DNA of 64,000 nucleotides from Patescibacteria group bacterium (GCA_034660175.1 JAYEIQ010000009.1:9726-73725), one strand, 5' to 3'. Shown: positions 9,068 to 17,785, counted from the first letter of the stretch. Program-made: numbers and translations. The notes: generated from the letters alone by a model not told the origin.

Positions 9068-9547
9068 ATGGACTTAAGTAATCAACTTCCAGGATACAAT
9101 AATCAACAGGATATGTCAACAAAAATAAAGAAGTTTTGGATGGAGCATGACCAAAAGGTGTTGATTGTGTTGGTCTTGATTTTGACAGCCGTTGTAAGTT
9201 TTCGAGCAGGCCAAATAGATGAAAAAACAAAAAAATCAGCTGAAATTGATGTTTCCTTGAACCAGCTCGCTGCTGCTAACCCAAAACAGGAGAAATTATT
9301 AGCTCTTGGAGGAGCGGTGGCACGAAAAGGTATCAATGTGGTTGTTTCAGGAGAAAACACTGAGAATATTGCGAATGATGGAACTAAAAAGGAATGTGTG
9401 TTAGTTGGCTCAAAAAACTCCAACAAATATCATCAATCAACATGCAGATGGGCTGAGCAAATAAAGCCAGAAAACAGGGTTTGCTTTTCTTCTGTTGAGG
9501 ATGCCCAAAACAAAGGATATAAAGCAGCAAAATGTTGCAATAAGTAA
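9068..9547 (+). CDS. Hypothetical membrane-anchored protein with C-terminal Cys/His-rich Ada-like zinc-ribbon-like motif
   Basis: One N-terminal transmembrane helix. C-terminus KYHQSTCRWAEQIKPENRVCFSSVEDAQNKGYKAAKCC resembles the Ada N-terminal metal-binding pattern (C..C....ENVSFYA.ASEAL..GF.PCK.C). Confidence 0.5.
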   Translation: MDLSNQLPGYNNQQDMSTKIKKFWMEHDQKVLIVLVLILTAVVSFRAGQIDEKTKKSAEIDVSLNQLAAANPKQEKLLALGGAVARKGINVVVSGENTENIANDGTKKECVLVGSKNSNKYHQSTCRWAEQIKPENRVCFSSVEDAQNKGYKAAKCCNK

Positions 9548-9590
9548 TTTTTGTTGTTGCAACAAGGAAAAAAATAATAAAAAACAAGAA

Positions 9591-10295
9591 ATGAAAAAAG
9601 AATTGATAGTTGTTTCACTGGGTGGTTCTCTTATTGTTCCTGAGGAAGTTGATTGGATGTTTTTGAGAAAATTTCGTGAGTTAATCATAAAACAAATTCG
9701 CAAAGGGAAAAAATTTGTGATCATTACTGGAGGAGGAAACACAGCAAGAAAATACCAAAGTTCCGCAGAAAAAGTAACTAGGCTTACTAGGGATGACATG
9801 GATTGGATTGGGATTCACTCAACAAGACTGAATGCTCATTTGATTAAAACGATTTTTAGAAAATATGCTCATCCTAGAATTAATAAAAATCCTCGCACAA
9901 AAGAAAACCTGAAACAACATTTTAGAGGAGGGGAGAAAATAATGGTTGCTGCTGGTTGGAGACCAGGATGGTCTACTGATTACGTGGCAACAATATTGGC
10001 CGAGAGACTTGGTGCAAAAACAGTAATCAATCTTTCCAATATCAAGTATGTATATAACAAGGATCCAAAGAAATTCAAGGACGCAAAAAAGATAACAGAA
10101 ATTTCATGGAAGGATTTTCGGAAGATCGTTGGCAATAAATGGGATCCGGGACTCAATGCTCCTTTTGATCCTGTTGCTTCAAAACTTGCACAAGAATTGG
10201 GATTGAAGGTTGTTATTGCAGAGGGAAAGAATATCAAGAATTTGGAAAAGATCTTTAGAGGAGAGACATTTCAGGGGACTGTGATTGAAGACTAA
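9591..10295 (+). CDS. pyrH: UMP kinase (amino-acid-kinase fold, archaeal-type PyrH)
   Basis: LIVVSLGGSL, ITGGGNTAR and AAGWRPGWSTD motifs. ATG at 9591 is preceded by an AAGGAAAAA Shine-Dalgarno-like sequence. Confidence 0.7.
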   Translation: MKKELIVVSLGGSLIVPEEVDWMFLRKFRELIIKQIRKGKKFVIITGGGNTARKYQSSAEKVTRLTRDDMDWIGIHSTRLNAHLIKTIFRKYAHPRINKNPRTKENLKQHFRGGEKIMVAAGWRPGWSTDYVATILAERLGAKTVINLSNIKYVYNKDPKKFKDAKKITEISWKDFRKIVGNKWDPGLNAPFDPVASKLAQELGLKVVIAEGKNIKNLEKIFRGETFQGTVIED

Positions 10296-10330
10296 TAATA
10301 TAAATAAACAATAAGCAACATTCGCAATTT

Positions 10331-10352
10331 AGTCGCTACCATAGTAGCGACT
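10331..10352. promoter_or_regulatory. Perfect 9-bp inverted repeat (agtcgctac-cata-gtagcgact) between pyrH and the AbrB-like ORF
   Basis: Seen directly. Could be an operator for the downstream small DNA-binding protein, or a terminator lacking a U-tract. Confidence 0.3.
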
Positions 10353-10364
10353 AAACCCAGCAAC

Positions 10365-10523
10365 ATGAAAACAATAAAAATTCGAAAATCAAATAATTAT
10401 AGCTACACTATAACCGTTCCAAAAGAATTTATTAAAAAATATGGCTGGAGAGAACGACAAAAACTAGTTGTGAAAGATAAGGGGCGTGGCGTTCTTGAAG
10501 TTAGGGATTGGAGGAAGAAATAA
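10365..10523 (+). CDS. Small AbrB/MazE/SpoVT-family (swapped-hairpin) DNA-binding protein, antitoxin-like
   Basis: 52 aa, MKTIKIRKSNNYSYTITVPKEFIKKYGWRERQKLVVKDKGRGVLEVR. This is the typical looped-hinge-helix fold signature. Confidence 0.5.
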   Translation: MKTIKIRKSNNYSYTITVPKEFIKKYGWRERQKLVVKDKGRGVLEVRDWRKK

Positions 10524-10766
10524 TAAATAAAACATTATAAAGAAAAAGGGATTTATTATTGACAATGATTATTCCAAATTAACCAATCGAGCCAAGTCGA
10601 CAAGAAGTCTTGATTTTAGAAAGCTGATTAGCTCAAGCTTGATTATTAAAGTTGGCAAAGGCAAGGCTATTTATTACAAGATAAAATAACTTTTCATATA
10701 TTAAAATATCAACTTTTGTAGATTACGTTGGTTGTTTCTATTTCAGAATATTCAATTCCTATATTA

Positions 10767-10790
10767 AACCTGCCTGCCGGCAGGCAGGTT
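10767..10790. repeat. Perfect 24-bp GC-rich palindrome aacctgcctgcc/ggcaggcaggtt
   Basis: Seen directly; embedded in AT-rich non-coding DNA. Confidence 0.8.
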
Positions 10791-10944
10791 TCTACTTTTA
10801 TAGATGGCAATAATGCAGTACCAGCCAAGAATTTCCTAATTAAAACTTGATTTATCCTATTTTTTGTAGCATACTTAATCAGGAGGGAAACTAGAATGAG
10901 AAGAAGCTACTAAGAAAAAATTCTGCTTAAAAGGAGGTGGAAAA

Positions 10945-11073
10945 ATGTATTATACAGGTGTAGTTCTGTATACTTTATTTTATTCAGCTATTTCTCCAAT
11001 TCTTCCAAAGAAGGTTAGGAGATGGATGAGGGATTACATCGAAAGATTGCCAATGAGTGAGATGAGAAAATAG
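10945..11073 (+). CDS. Small ORF (42 aa) with consensus Shine-Dalgarno sequence and downstream terminator
   Basis: AAAGGAGGTGG lies 5 nt before the ATG. Product is MYYTGVVLYTLFYSAISPILPKKVRRWMRDYIERLPMSEMRK, hydrophobic then basic. Confidence 0.35.
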   Translation: MYYTGVVLYTLFYSAISPILPKKVRRWMRDYIERLPMSEMRK

Positions 11074-11090
11074 ATCTCTATTGGCGCAAA

Positions 11091-11116
11091 AAGGCTGAAA
11101 TTCAGCCTTTTTTTAT
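11091..11116 (+). terminator. Rho-independent terminator
   Basis: aaggctgaa-a-ttcagcctt hairpin followed by a T7 run. Confidence 0.5.
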
Positions 11117-11135
11117 TGGTTCTATATCCATATTT

Positions 11136-11165
11136 TTGTTGGTAAATCAAGAAATGTGATATAAT
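11136..11165 (+). promoter_or_regulatory. Extended -10 promoter (TGaTATAAT) for the permease operon
   Basis: TATAAT at 11160-11165 with TG at -15/-14; weak -35 TTGTTG. Confidence 0.4.
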
Positions 11166-11189
11166 TCAATATTAATATACTTGAAACAC

Positions 11190-11603
11190 ATGGAAAAAAG
11201 TTTACTTAAGCAATCTTTTCAAAAAGCCATTCAGTCTTTTAAAGTTTCTTTGCCGATGATGTTTGGAATTTTATTGCTGATCAGTCTTTTGAGTACAGGC
11301 TGGCAAGGGTATTACGAGCGTATTTTTACCGGTAATGTGTTTTTAGATCCGTTGATTGGCGCTTTAGCTGGCAGTATCTCTTTCGGTATGCCAATAGTAA
11401 GTTATGTTGCTGCTGGAGAATTGTTAGAGCAGGGAATCGGCTTATTGGCAGCAACGGCGTTCATATTGACGTGGACTACCGTTGGCATAGCTATGTTGCC
11501 GTTAGAAGCTAAATTTTTGGGCTGGCGATTTGCTTTGGTAAGAAATGCTGTCAACTTTATTTTTGCCATTGTGATTGCTATCTTAACTGTTTATACAATT
11601 TAG
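11190..11603 (+). CDS. Predicted permease, N-terminal half of a split DUF318/ArsP-type two-part permease
   Basis: About 4 transmembrane helices. Adjacent to a second 4-5 transmembrane-helix ORF with only a 4-bp gap. ATG at 11190; ORF-track start is TTG at 11181. Confidence 0.5.
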   Translation: MEKSLLKQSFQKAIQSFKVSLPMMFGILLLISLLSTGWQGYYERIFTGNVFLDPLIGALAGSISFGMPIVSYVAAGELLEQGIGLLAATAFILTWTTVGIAMLPLEAKFLGWRFALVRNAVNFIFAIVIAILTVYTI

Positions 11604-11607
11604 GATA

Positions 11608-12147
11608 ATGAACGATCAAATAAAAAAACAGAAGATAGGTGGTGGTACAAAGTTTTTAATGGCAGTTTTGATTTTATACGCGGTTATGGCCTTGTCTAAT
11701 TTTCAATTTGCGTCTGAAGCTTTTTTAAGTTTTTTGCATATGTTAGTCCGTATCATCCCCATTTTAATGGTGGTGTTTTTTGTGATGATGGGAATCAATC
11801 TCTATTTTATTCCAGAGAGAGTTAAGAAATATTTAGGCCATGGTTCTGGTCTTAGCGGGTGGCTGTACGCGATTATTTTCGGAATTTTAATTTCCGCACC
11901 GCCGTATATATTTTTTCCGCTTTTGGGGAGATTAAAAGAGCGCGGAATGAAAAATTCCTTAATAGCGGTAATTCTATACAATAGAAACGTAAAAATACCA
12001 TTTTTGCCGGTAATGGTATTTTATTTTGGCTTAAGTTTCACTGTTGCCGTTTCCGTATTTATAATTTTCTTTTCTATTTTAAACGGCTTGTTGTTAGGAT
12101 GGTGGGTAGCGGACAATCAAAAAATTTATAATGAAGAGGTCAAGTAG
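11608..12147 (+). CDS. Predicted permease, C-terminal half of the split permease pair
   Basis: Polytopic membrane protein immediately downstream of the N-half. Confidence 0.5.
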   Translation: MNDQIKKQKIGGGTKFLMAVLILYAVMALSNFQFASEAFLSFLHMLVRIIPILMVVFFVMMGINLYFIPERVKKYLGHGSGLSGWLYAIIFGILISAPPYIFFPLLGRLKERGMKNSLIAVILYNRNVKIPFLPVMVFYFGLSFTVAVSVFIIFFSILNGLLLGWWVADNQKIYNEEVK

Positions 12148-12164
12148 TCGTTTCTGCTTAGTTC

Positions 12165-13292
12165 CTATTTTTTCTTTATACTCAAACCCCAGCTTTCTCT
12201 GGCAAGCTCGCGTGTTTTTTCTATCTCTTTTTTTGTTGAAGAATCCAGTGTCTCCATAACTTTTTTCAATTGTACTTGGTTTAGTTTGACAACCTTATCC
12301 CACAAGTCATTCCTTTGTAAAATGTTTTTCACTTTATCTTCATCAAAAGCATATGTTTTGCGTGAGGTTTTAGCGATGATCTTGCTGTCGCTAAACAAAC
12401 GCTCTACGCCTTCTTGTTCCATGAGTTGAATGAGCTGTTGCTTTAGTTGAGCGACCTTCTTTCGATCCTCTTTCATTTTTTCAATAAGTTCAACGAATTG
12501 TTTGATGGTCTTTTTTTGATCTATTGAAATGTTTTCTTTGTCCTGCTTGAATTTATGTTTCCACATAGGACAGATGTTTTGATATCCGCACCAATCACAA
12601 AGCGGACCAACTGTAGCAGGGAAGTCAGATGATTCTATGGTCTCTATTGTCTCGAGTACTTCATTAACTCCTTCTTCTAGTTGAGCCGATGTTTTTATTG
12701 TTGAAAGTCTTATTCCATGGTGAAGAAAGAAAAGAGAGAGTTTTATTTTTGAAAGATCAGTTTCTTTCGGATAGCGTTTCAAAAAAGCAAGGAGATAGAT
12801 CAGGAGTTGTAAGTTCTCATCGATAGTGCTTTGAGGTGGAAGTTTTTTGGAGGTTTTATAATCAATTATTTCAAATCCTTCCTCAGTCTTATCGATCCTA
12901 TCAATAAATCCGCTGACAAGATGATTTTCTTTCTTTTTCTTGTTCTCAATCTCAATAGTGAAGCGTGACTCAATGGAAACTATTTTGGTTTGATTGGGAT
13001 CATTCTTCTTGTAATACTCCTGGACCATTCTTATTCCTTGCGCAAAAGCAACGCGTTCCCTGATTTCATCTTCAAAGATTTCGCTGTTCCAGTTCGAAGA
13101 AAAATAATTCAATGCTTCTTTGATTGTGGGGAAGACGAAGTCTCCAGTGTGGATGAACTTCATTGTTGAGTGAACGAGGGTTCCAAAAACTGCCTCGGGA
13201 CTTTTTGGGGTTTTTATCTTGTCTATTACTTGAAATTTATATTTCAGCGGACAAGTCTTGAAAGTATTCAGGGCAGAGAAGGAGGTGTTCAT
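12165..13292 (-). CDS. Cas4-like PD-(D/E)XK nuclease (RecB-family, DUF83) with predicted Fe-S cluster cysteines and C-terminal helical extension
   Basis: N-terminal Cys in FKTCPLKY. D..K nuclease motifs GFIDRID and EIIDYKTSK. C-terminal CDWCGYQNIC is the Cas4/AddB-type C-x2-C-x5-C cluster. A further 125 aa of K/E-rich helical tail follow. ATG at 13292; ORF-track TTG is at 13304. Confidence 0.7.
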   Translation of the reverse strand: MNTSFSALNTFKTCPLKYKFQVIDKIKTPKSPEAVFGTLVHSTMKFIHTGDFVFPTIKEALNYFSSNWNSEIFEDEIRERVAFAQGIRMVQEYYKKNDPNQTKIVSIESRFTIEIENKKKKENHLVSGFIDRIDKTEEGFEIIDYKTSKKLPPQSTIDENLQLLIYLLAFLKRYPKETDLSKIKLSLFFLHHGIRLSTIKTSAQLEEGVNEVLETIETIESSDFPATVGPLCDWCGYQNICPMWKHKFKQDKENISIDQKKTIKQFVELIEKMKEDRKKVAQLKQQLIQLMEQEGVERLFSDSKIIAKTSRKTYAFDEDKVKNILQRNDLWDKVVKLNQVQLKKVMETLDSSTKKEIEKTRELARESWGLSIKKK

Positions 13293-13367
13293 GTTTGTCG
13301 ACAATGATTGTTTGGGTAATTTATTCTAACAAATAACTGTTAAAAGGGAAGTGGAAGTGATAAAAAA

Positions 13368-13796
13368 TTAATTTGCATGTTTGACGTCAACCACTACCCC
13401 ATGGACTTTAATATTTTCATCGGGACAGAGCCATCCAGAAATTCTTGAGTCATATGAAATTTCTTTGTTGTCTCCCATGAGCCAATAGCATCCGCCCAGA
13501 TTGATTTTGTAAATTCTTTTTGTGAGGGCAAAGTCTCCAGTATACCCATCACAAGAAACACAATCAAATATGATCGCATCTCCTATTGCAGGGGAGATCT
13601 TTGTGTCAACGGTCAATTCATCACCATCAAAGAATGTTGGCTCCATTGAACTTCCAGAGCCAATAAAAGTTTGATAGCGTGAAGCAGGAATGTATTTGAA
13701 AACAATCACAACAGCAACTGCCAATATGAAGAGTGTGACGACATAGAATTCTTTCGAAAAGCCTGTTAGGTCTGTTTTTTGAGGGGAGTGCTTCAT
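13368..13796 (-). CDS. lepB: Signal peptidase I (S26 family)
   Basis: Transmembrane anchor, GSGSSMEPTF with Ser nucleophile, and GDNKEISYDSR box. Confidence 0.8.
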   Translation of the reverse strand: MKHSPQKTDLTGFSKEFYVVTLFILAVAVVIVFKYIPASRYQTFIGSGSSMEPTFFDGDELTVDTKISPAIGDAIIFDCVSCDGYTGDFALTKRIYKINLGGCYWLMGDNKEISYDSRISGWLCPDENIKVHGVVVDVKHAN

Positions 13797-14009
13797 AACG
13801 ATGTTGGGCTAAATATACAATGTCGCACAATGTATATTATGCGACAATACTTATAATAAAGTCCCCTGCTTGAGCCAAAAAAGTCGGGGGATAAGAATGT
13901 GACATAAATGGTGTCTCAGGTACTCTTCTGTTGCCCTCAGAGAGAAAAAGAAGCAAAAGTTGGTGCTACCTACCTACCTCTAACGTTGGTTCGTTTGTGA
14001 TGAAAAAGG

Positions 14010-14240
14010 TCAGCGATCAAGATTATTTTCATCCAAAGATTTCATTTGAGTTTCCAGGCTCTTTGTTTGTTGTTGCAAATGTTTTTCGATGTTTTCTATT
14101 TGATCTTTGACATTGTCCTTGGTCTCCTTTGCTTGTTTTACCCTATTCATATAGACTCCTCCCATCAAAAGCCCGAGGATCAAAATAACAAGAATGATCG
14201 ATATCAGAAGAAAACCTTTTTGGTTGTTTTTCGAATGCAT
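14010..14240 (-). CDS. Small membrane-anchored coiled-coil protein (hypothetical)
   Basis: 76 aa with one N-terminal transmembrane helix, then a charged helical segment. Confidence 0.4.
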   Translation of the reverse strand: MHSKNNQKGFLLISIILVILILGLLMGGVYMNRVKQAKETKDNVKDQIENIEKHLQQQTKSLETQMKSLDENNLDR

Positions 14241-14368
14241 ATGGTAGTAGCTCCCTTCTTTGTTGCAAGCCTAAGATCTTGAAGGGGAATTAATGTAAAA
14301 AATAAAAGGATTGATTAAGTTTATAAATAAAAATATTACCACTTCCCTGGAATTATTTCAGGGAAGTG

Positions 14369-15694
14369 CTAATCTTTATAAATCAACATTTGATCAATTG
14401 TTGTTGAGCTGTCATATATTGCTCCCACCAAGTCCTTTGTTGTGTCGAGGTAAAGATTTGGACCAAAGAGGGGATCATGCACAATATATTTTCCGTTTTT
14501 ATCTCTGCCATGTATTACAACATAGTGTCCTGCCCCAGTACGTGCGCGGACAAAGACGATCACTGGGCGATCTTTTTTTAGTTCTTTTTTGACTCTATTC
14601 CAATCAACATTGCCGTGTGATTTTGAGGATGTTAACTCTAGTCCCTTCCAGTTTTCAGGCCACACGATCAAATCTCTATAAAAAATTGGTTGACTGGAGA
14701 GCTTTCCTGGGGTGATGTCTTCATCATAATAGGTAAAAACCATAGAGAGGGCTGTTACAGCGCATCCATAGTCTTTCATGAGTGATGAGGAAAGTCCGAT
14801 TCTTTTATATCCCCACTTAGTATCATTTTGTGCATAATACCATTTTGTGGAAGCTGTGCCACTTGTAGGTTTCTTAGCTTTCTTCAAAATATCATCAAGT
14901 TCTTCCCTTTTTTCATCAGACAGACTCTCAATGTCACCAATCAATTCTTTTTTTTGTTCTTCAACGCGTTTCAGAAGCACTTGATATTTAGACTCTTCGC
15001 CATGTGTCTTATTGAGGAGGATTTTTTTTGAAACTTTTTCATTTCCAAGATAGAAAACTTTTTCTTTAATGTCTGTCTCTTTCGCTTTGAGTTGTTCAGT
15101 TTTTTCCTTGTATTCCGATTGTTTTATTTCCAGTTCCGTTTTCTTCTTTTTTACATCCTGAAGAATTTCTTCAACTTTTTGAGAGGTTTGATCAATATAT
15201 TCTGATTGATTCAGGACCGAAGAAATTCCACTTTTGTCACTCCCCAAAAATTCAATTGCAAATTCTTGATCAATTTGGTGGTATATTCTAATCATCTCAC
15301 CTAAATTATCTTTAACCATATTCAGTTCATCGTTGGTTTGATCAATTTGTCTTTGAATTTGATCCAGTTCGGATTTGTTGCGATTCAGGTCTTTTTGTGT
15401 TATCAAAATTTCGTTCTCAAAATTATCAATCTGAATGTCCATCATTTTTAATTGATTTTGAAGCGTCATTTGCTGTTGATGTTTGAGATTGATCATCCTT
15501 TGATAGTTGCGTGCTTTTTGTTCTAGTGATTCAAGCTCTCCCTCTTTTTTCTCCAGTTTTTCATTATCAGATGCTGCTTTGACAGGTCGTGAACTTTCTT
15601 GAGAAAAAAAAGATAAAGCTACAAGAACAACAAAAAAAGCCAAAAAAAAGATGGTTTTTACTGCAAACTTGTCTATTGCTTTTTTTGTATTCAT
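14369..15694 (-). CDS. PcsB/EnvC-like putative cell-wall hydrolase: signal anchor, long coiled coil, C-terminal papain-like (C39-like/CHAP-like) Cys-His peptidase domain
   Basis: KKAIDKFAVKTIFFLAFFVVLVAL anchor and about 230 aa of heptad-rich sequence. C-terminal DYGCAVTALSMV carries the Cys and GHYVVIHG the His. ATG at 15694. An alternative ATG at 15757 overlaps the gltX stop and adds 21 unlikely residues. Confidence 0.6.
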   Translation of the reverse strand: MNTKKAIDKFAVKTIFFLAFFVVLVALSFFSQESSRPVKAASDNEKLEKKEGELESLEQKARNYQRMINLKHQQQMTLQNQLKMMDIQIDNFENEILITQKDLNRNKSELDQIQRQIDQTNDELNMVKDNLGEMIRIYHQIDQEFAIEFLGSDKSGISSVLNQSEYIDQTSQKVEEILQDVKKKKTELEIKQSEYKEKTEQLKAKETDIKEKVFYLGNEKVSKKILLNKTHGEESKYQVLLKRVEEQKKELIGDIESLSDEKREELDDILKKAKKPTSGTASTKWYYAQNDTKWGYKRIGLSSSLMKDYGCAVTALSMVFTYYDEDITPGKLSSQPIFYRDLIVWPENWKGLELTSSKSHGNVDWNRVKKELKKDRPVIVFVRARTGAGHYVVIHGRDKNGKYIVHDPLFGPNLYLDTTKDLVGAIYDSSTTIDQMLIYKD

Positions 15695-15749
15695 TTTGTT
15701 TTTTAGAAAGATTCCAGCACAATAATTATAGCATAAATAAGCATAAAAA

Positions 15750-17234
15750 TCAACCATTTATGATCTTCAGCGCGCTGTCAATTCTTTTTAGGGCTTCGTC
15801 TTTTCCGATAGCCCAAGCTATTTCAAAGGGAGAAGGGCTGTTTTTTTGTCCAGACAAAGAGACTCGAAGTGGCCAAAGCAGTTCCCCTTTCTTGTCTTTT
15901 GCAGCATCAAAAAGCTGCTGATGCAAGTTTTCGATGTCGAATTGTTTCTCCTCTATTGATGAGATAACTTCTTCTGATTTAAGCAAAGATCTTTTGAGTT
16001 CTTGGTCTGTCATTTCTTTCCAGCGAAGCATCTCTTTCTCAGGAATTGGAGATGTGAAATAAAAGTCGATGTTTTGAGTTATTTCATTTATTGTTTTTAT
16101 TCTATCTTTTTCGATATTCACAATCTTTTTCAACAAGCTCTCCGTGTGATCGACGTTCTTCTTTGCAAGATATTTTTCAAAAAAAGGAAGGCACAACTGA
16201 AGCAGTTCGTCGTCATTTTTTTGTTTGATATAATGTGCGTTCATCCAACCCAATTTTTTGTAGTCAAACACTGCTCCTGCTTTGTGAAGTCCTTTTTCAT
16301 CAAATATCTTTTCAAGTTCTTTGAGAGTGAAGTGCTCTTGTCCGTTTTTTGGATTCCATCCCAAAAGAGAAATGAAGTTAACTAGGGCTTCTGGAAGATA
16401 GCCACTTTCGATAAAGTCATAAACTCCGATATCCCCTTGTCTTTTTGAAAGCTTTTTCTTGTTTTCGCCAAGAACATTTGGAACGTGGACAAAAGCCGGA
16501 GGACTCCAAGAAAAAAATTCGTACAATAAAACATGTTTAGGAGTGCTCGGAAGCCACTCCTCCCCGCGAACAATATGTGAAATTTTCATGTGGTGATCAT
16601 CAACTACAACTGCAAGGTGATATGTCGGAAAACCGTCAGACTTGATGATTACTTGGTCGTCAATCGTCGAACTTTTAACTGAAATTTCTCCATATACCTG
16701 ATCTTCAAATTTAATTATTTTGTCTGTTGGGACATTCATTCTGAGAACGTATTTTTCTCCTGCGTCAACTTTTTGTTTAACCTCCTGCTTTGAAAGTGAT
16801 AAACATTTCTTGTCATACATTGGAGGTTGACCATTTTTTTGTTGATTCTTGCGAAGCTCTTGGAGTCTTTCTGTTGAGCAAAAACAATGATAGGCGTGGC
16901 CAGAATCAAGAAGTTTCTTTGCATGATTTTGATACAAATCTAATCTTTTGGATTGAAAATATGGTCCAAGTTCACCTTTTTCTTTGACACTTCCATCTTT
17001 GTCAATATAAACTCCTTCGTCGGGATTTATTCCTGCCCAACTTAAGGCACCAATTATTTTTTCCAAAGATCCTTCAACCAATCTTTTTTGATCAGTATTT
17101 TCAACTCGCAAAACAAAATCACCGTTTTTACTTTTTGCCAAAAGATAGGCATAAAGTGCTGTTCTAAGATTGCCAATATGCACAAAGCCTGTTGGAGATG
17201 GCGCAAATCTTGTTCTAGTTCTCTTGTTCTTCAT
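15750..17234 (-). CDS. gltX: Glutamate--tRNA ligase
   Basis: Class I HIGH motif (PSPTGFVHIGN) and KLSKR (KMSKS); 494 aa. Confidence 0.9.
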   Translation of the reverse strand: MKNKRTRTRFAPSPTGFVHIGNLRTALYAYLLAKSKNGDFVLRVENTDQKRLVEGSLEKIIGALSWAGINPDEGVYIDKDGSVKEKGELGPYFQSKRLDLYQNHAKKLLDSGHAYHCFCSTERLQELRKNQQKNGQPPMYDKKCLSLSKQEVKQKVDAGEKYVLRMNVPTDKIIKFEDQVYGEISVKSSTIDDQVIIKSDGFPTYHLAVVVDDHHMKISHIVRGEEWLPSTPKHVLLYEFFSWSPPAFVHVPNVLGENKKKLSKRQGDIGVYDFIESGYLPEALVNFISLLGWNPKNGQEHFTLKELEKIFDEKGLHKAGAVFDYKKLGWMNAHYIKQKNDDELLQLCLPFFEKYLAKKNVDHTESLLKKIVNIEKDRIKTINEITQNIDFYFTSPIPEKEMLRWKEMTDQELKRSLLKSEEVISSIEEKQFDIENLHQQLFDAAKDKKGELLWPLRVSLSGQKNSPSPFEIAWAIGKDEALKRIDSALKIING

Positions 17235-17247
17235 CTGGAAGAGTGGT

Positions 17248-17772
17248 TTATTGAATTATGTTATTTTGTTTTAACAGATCAATGGCTAGCAGTGTTACTC
17301 TTTTTTTACCTTTTTGATAGATAGAATCAGCAAGCTCAATTGCTTCTTTGTGAGAAAGAAGTTTGAAAGTATCAAAGTCAGATTCTTCAATTGCTAGTTT
17401 GTCAGCAGCAGTTTGAATGCTAATAAAGTAATACCATTTCCCTCTCATTTCTATTTCTTGACCATCATCCATTTTTAATTCGCGACTGCCACGGTGCTCA
17501 GGTGGAAATTTTACAGAATTGCTACCCATGAGTGTGTAGCTTTTTATAGCAAAGCTGAAAAAATTCTTTCCAAGTTCTTCAGTCATTTCTCTTTCCACTG
17601 CCTGTTCGATTGTTTCTTTGTTTTCGATGCCACCTTGCGGAAGTTGCCAAAGGTCATATTTCTCTTCATGAAACATGAAGATTTTCTTTGCGTGGACAAA
17701 ACAACCAACAACTTGAGGACGAAAACCGTCAACTCTTGTGCTGTCAATTTGAGTTAGTGATGGTGCGATCAT
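17248..17772 (-). CDS. NUDIX hydrolase
   Basis: Nudix box GGIENKETIEQAVEREMTEELG. Confidence 0.8.
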   Translation of the reverse strand: MIAPSLTQIDSTRVDGFRPQVVGCFVHAKKIFMFHEEKYDLWQLPQGGIENKETIEQAVEREMTEELGKNFFSFAIKSYTLMGSNSVKFPPEHRGSRELKMDDGQEIEMRGKWYYFISIQTAADKLAIEESDFDTFKLLSHKEAIELADSIYQKGKKRVTLLAIDLLKQNNIIQ

Positions 17773-17785
17773 TATTCTTTTATAA

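Noticed and set aside
14010-14240. Type IV pilin-like N-terminus (KGFLLISIIL)
   Set aside because: It lacks the G-F-T-L-I-E prepilin cleavage motif and the conserved Glu5. It is more likely a plain signal-anchor.
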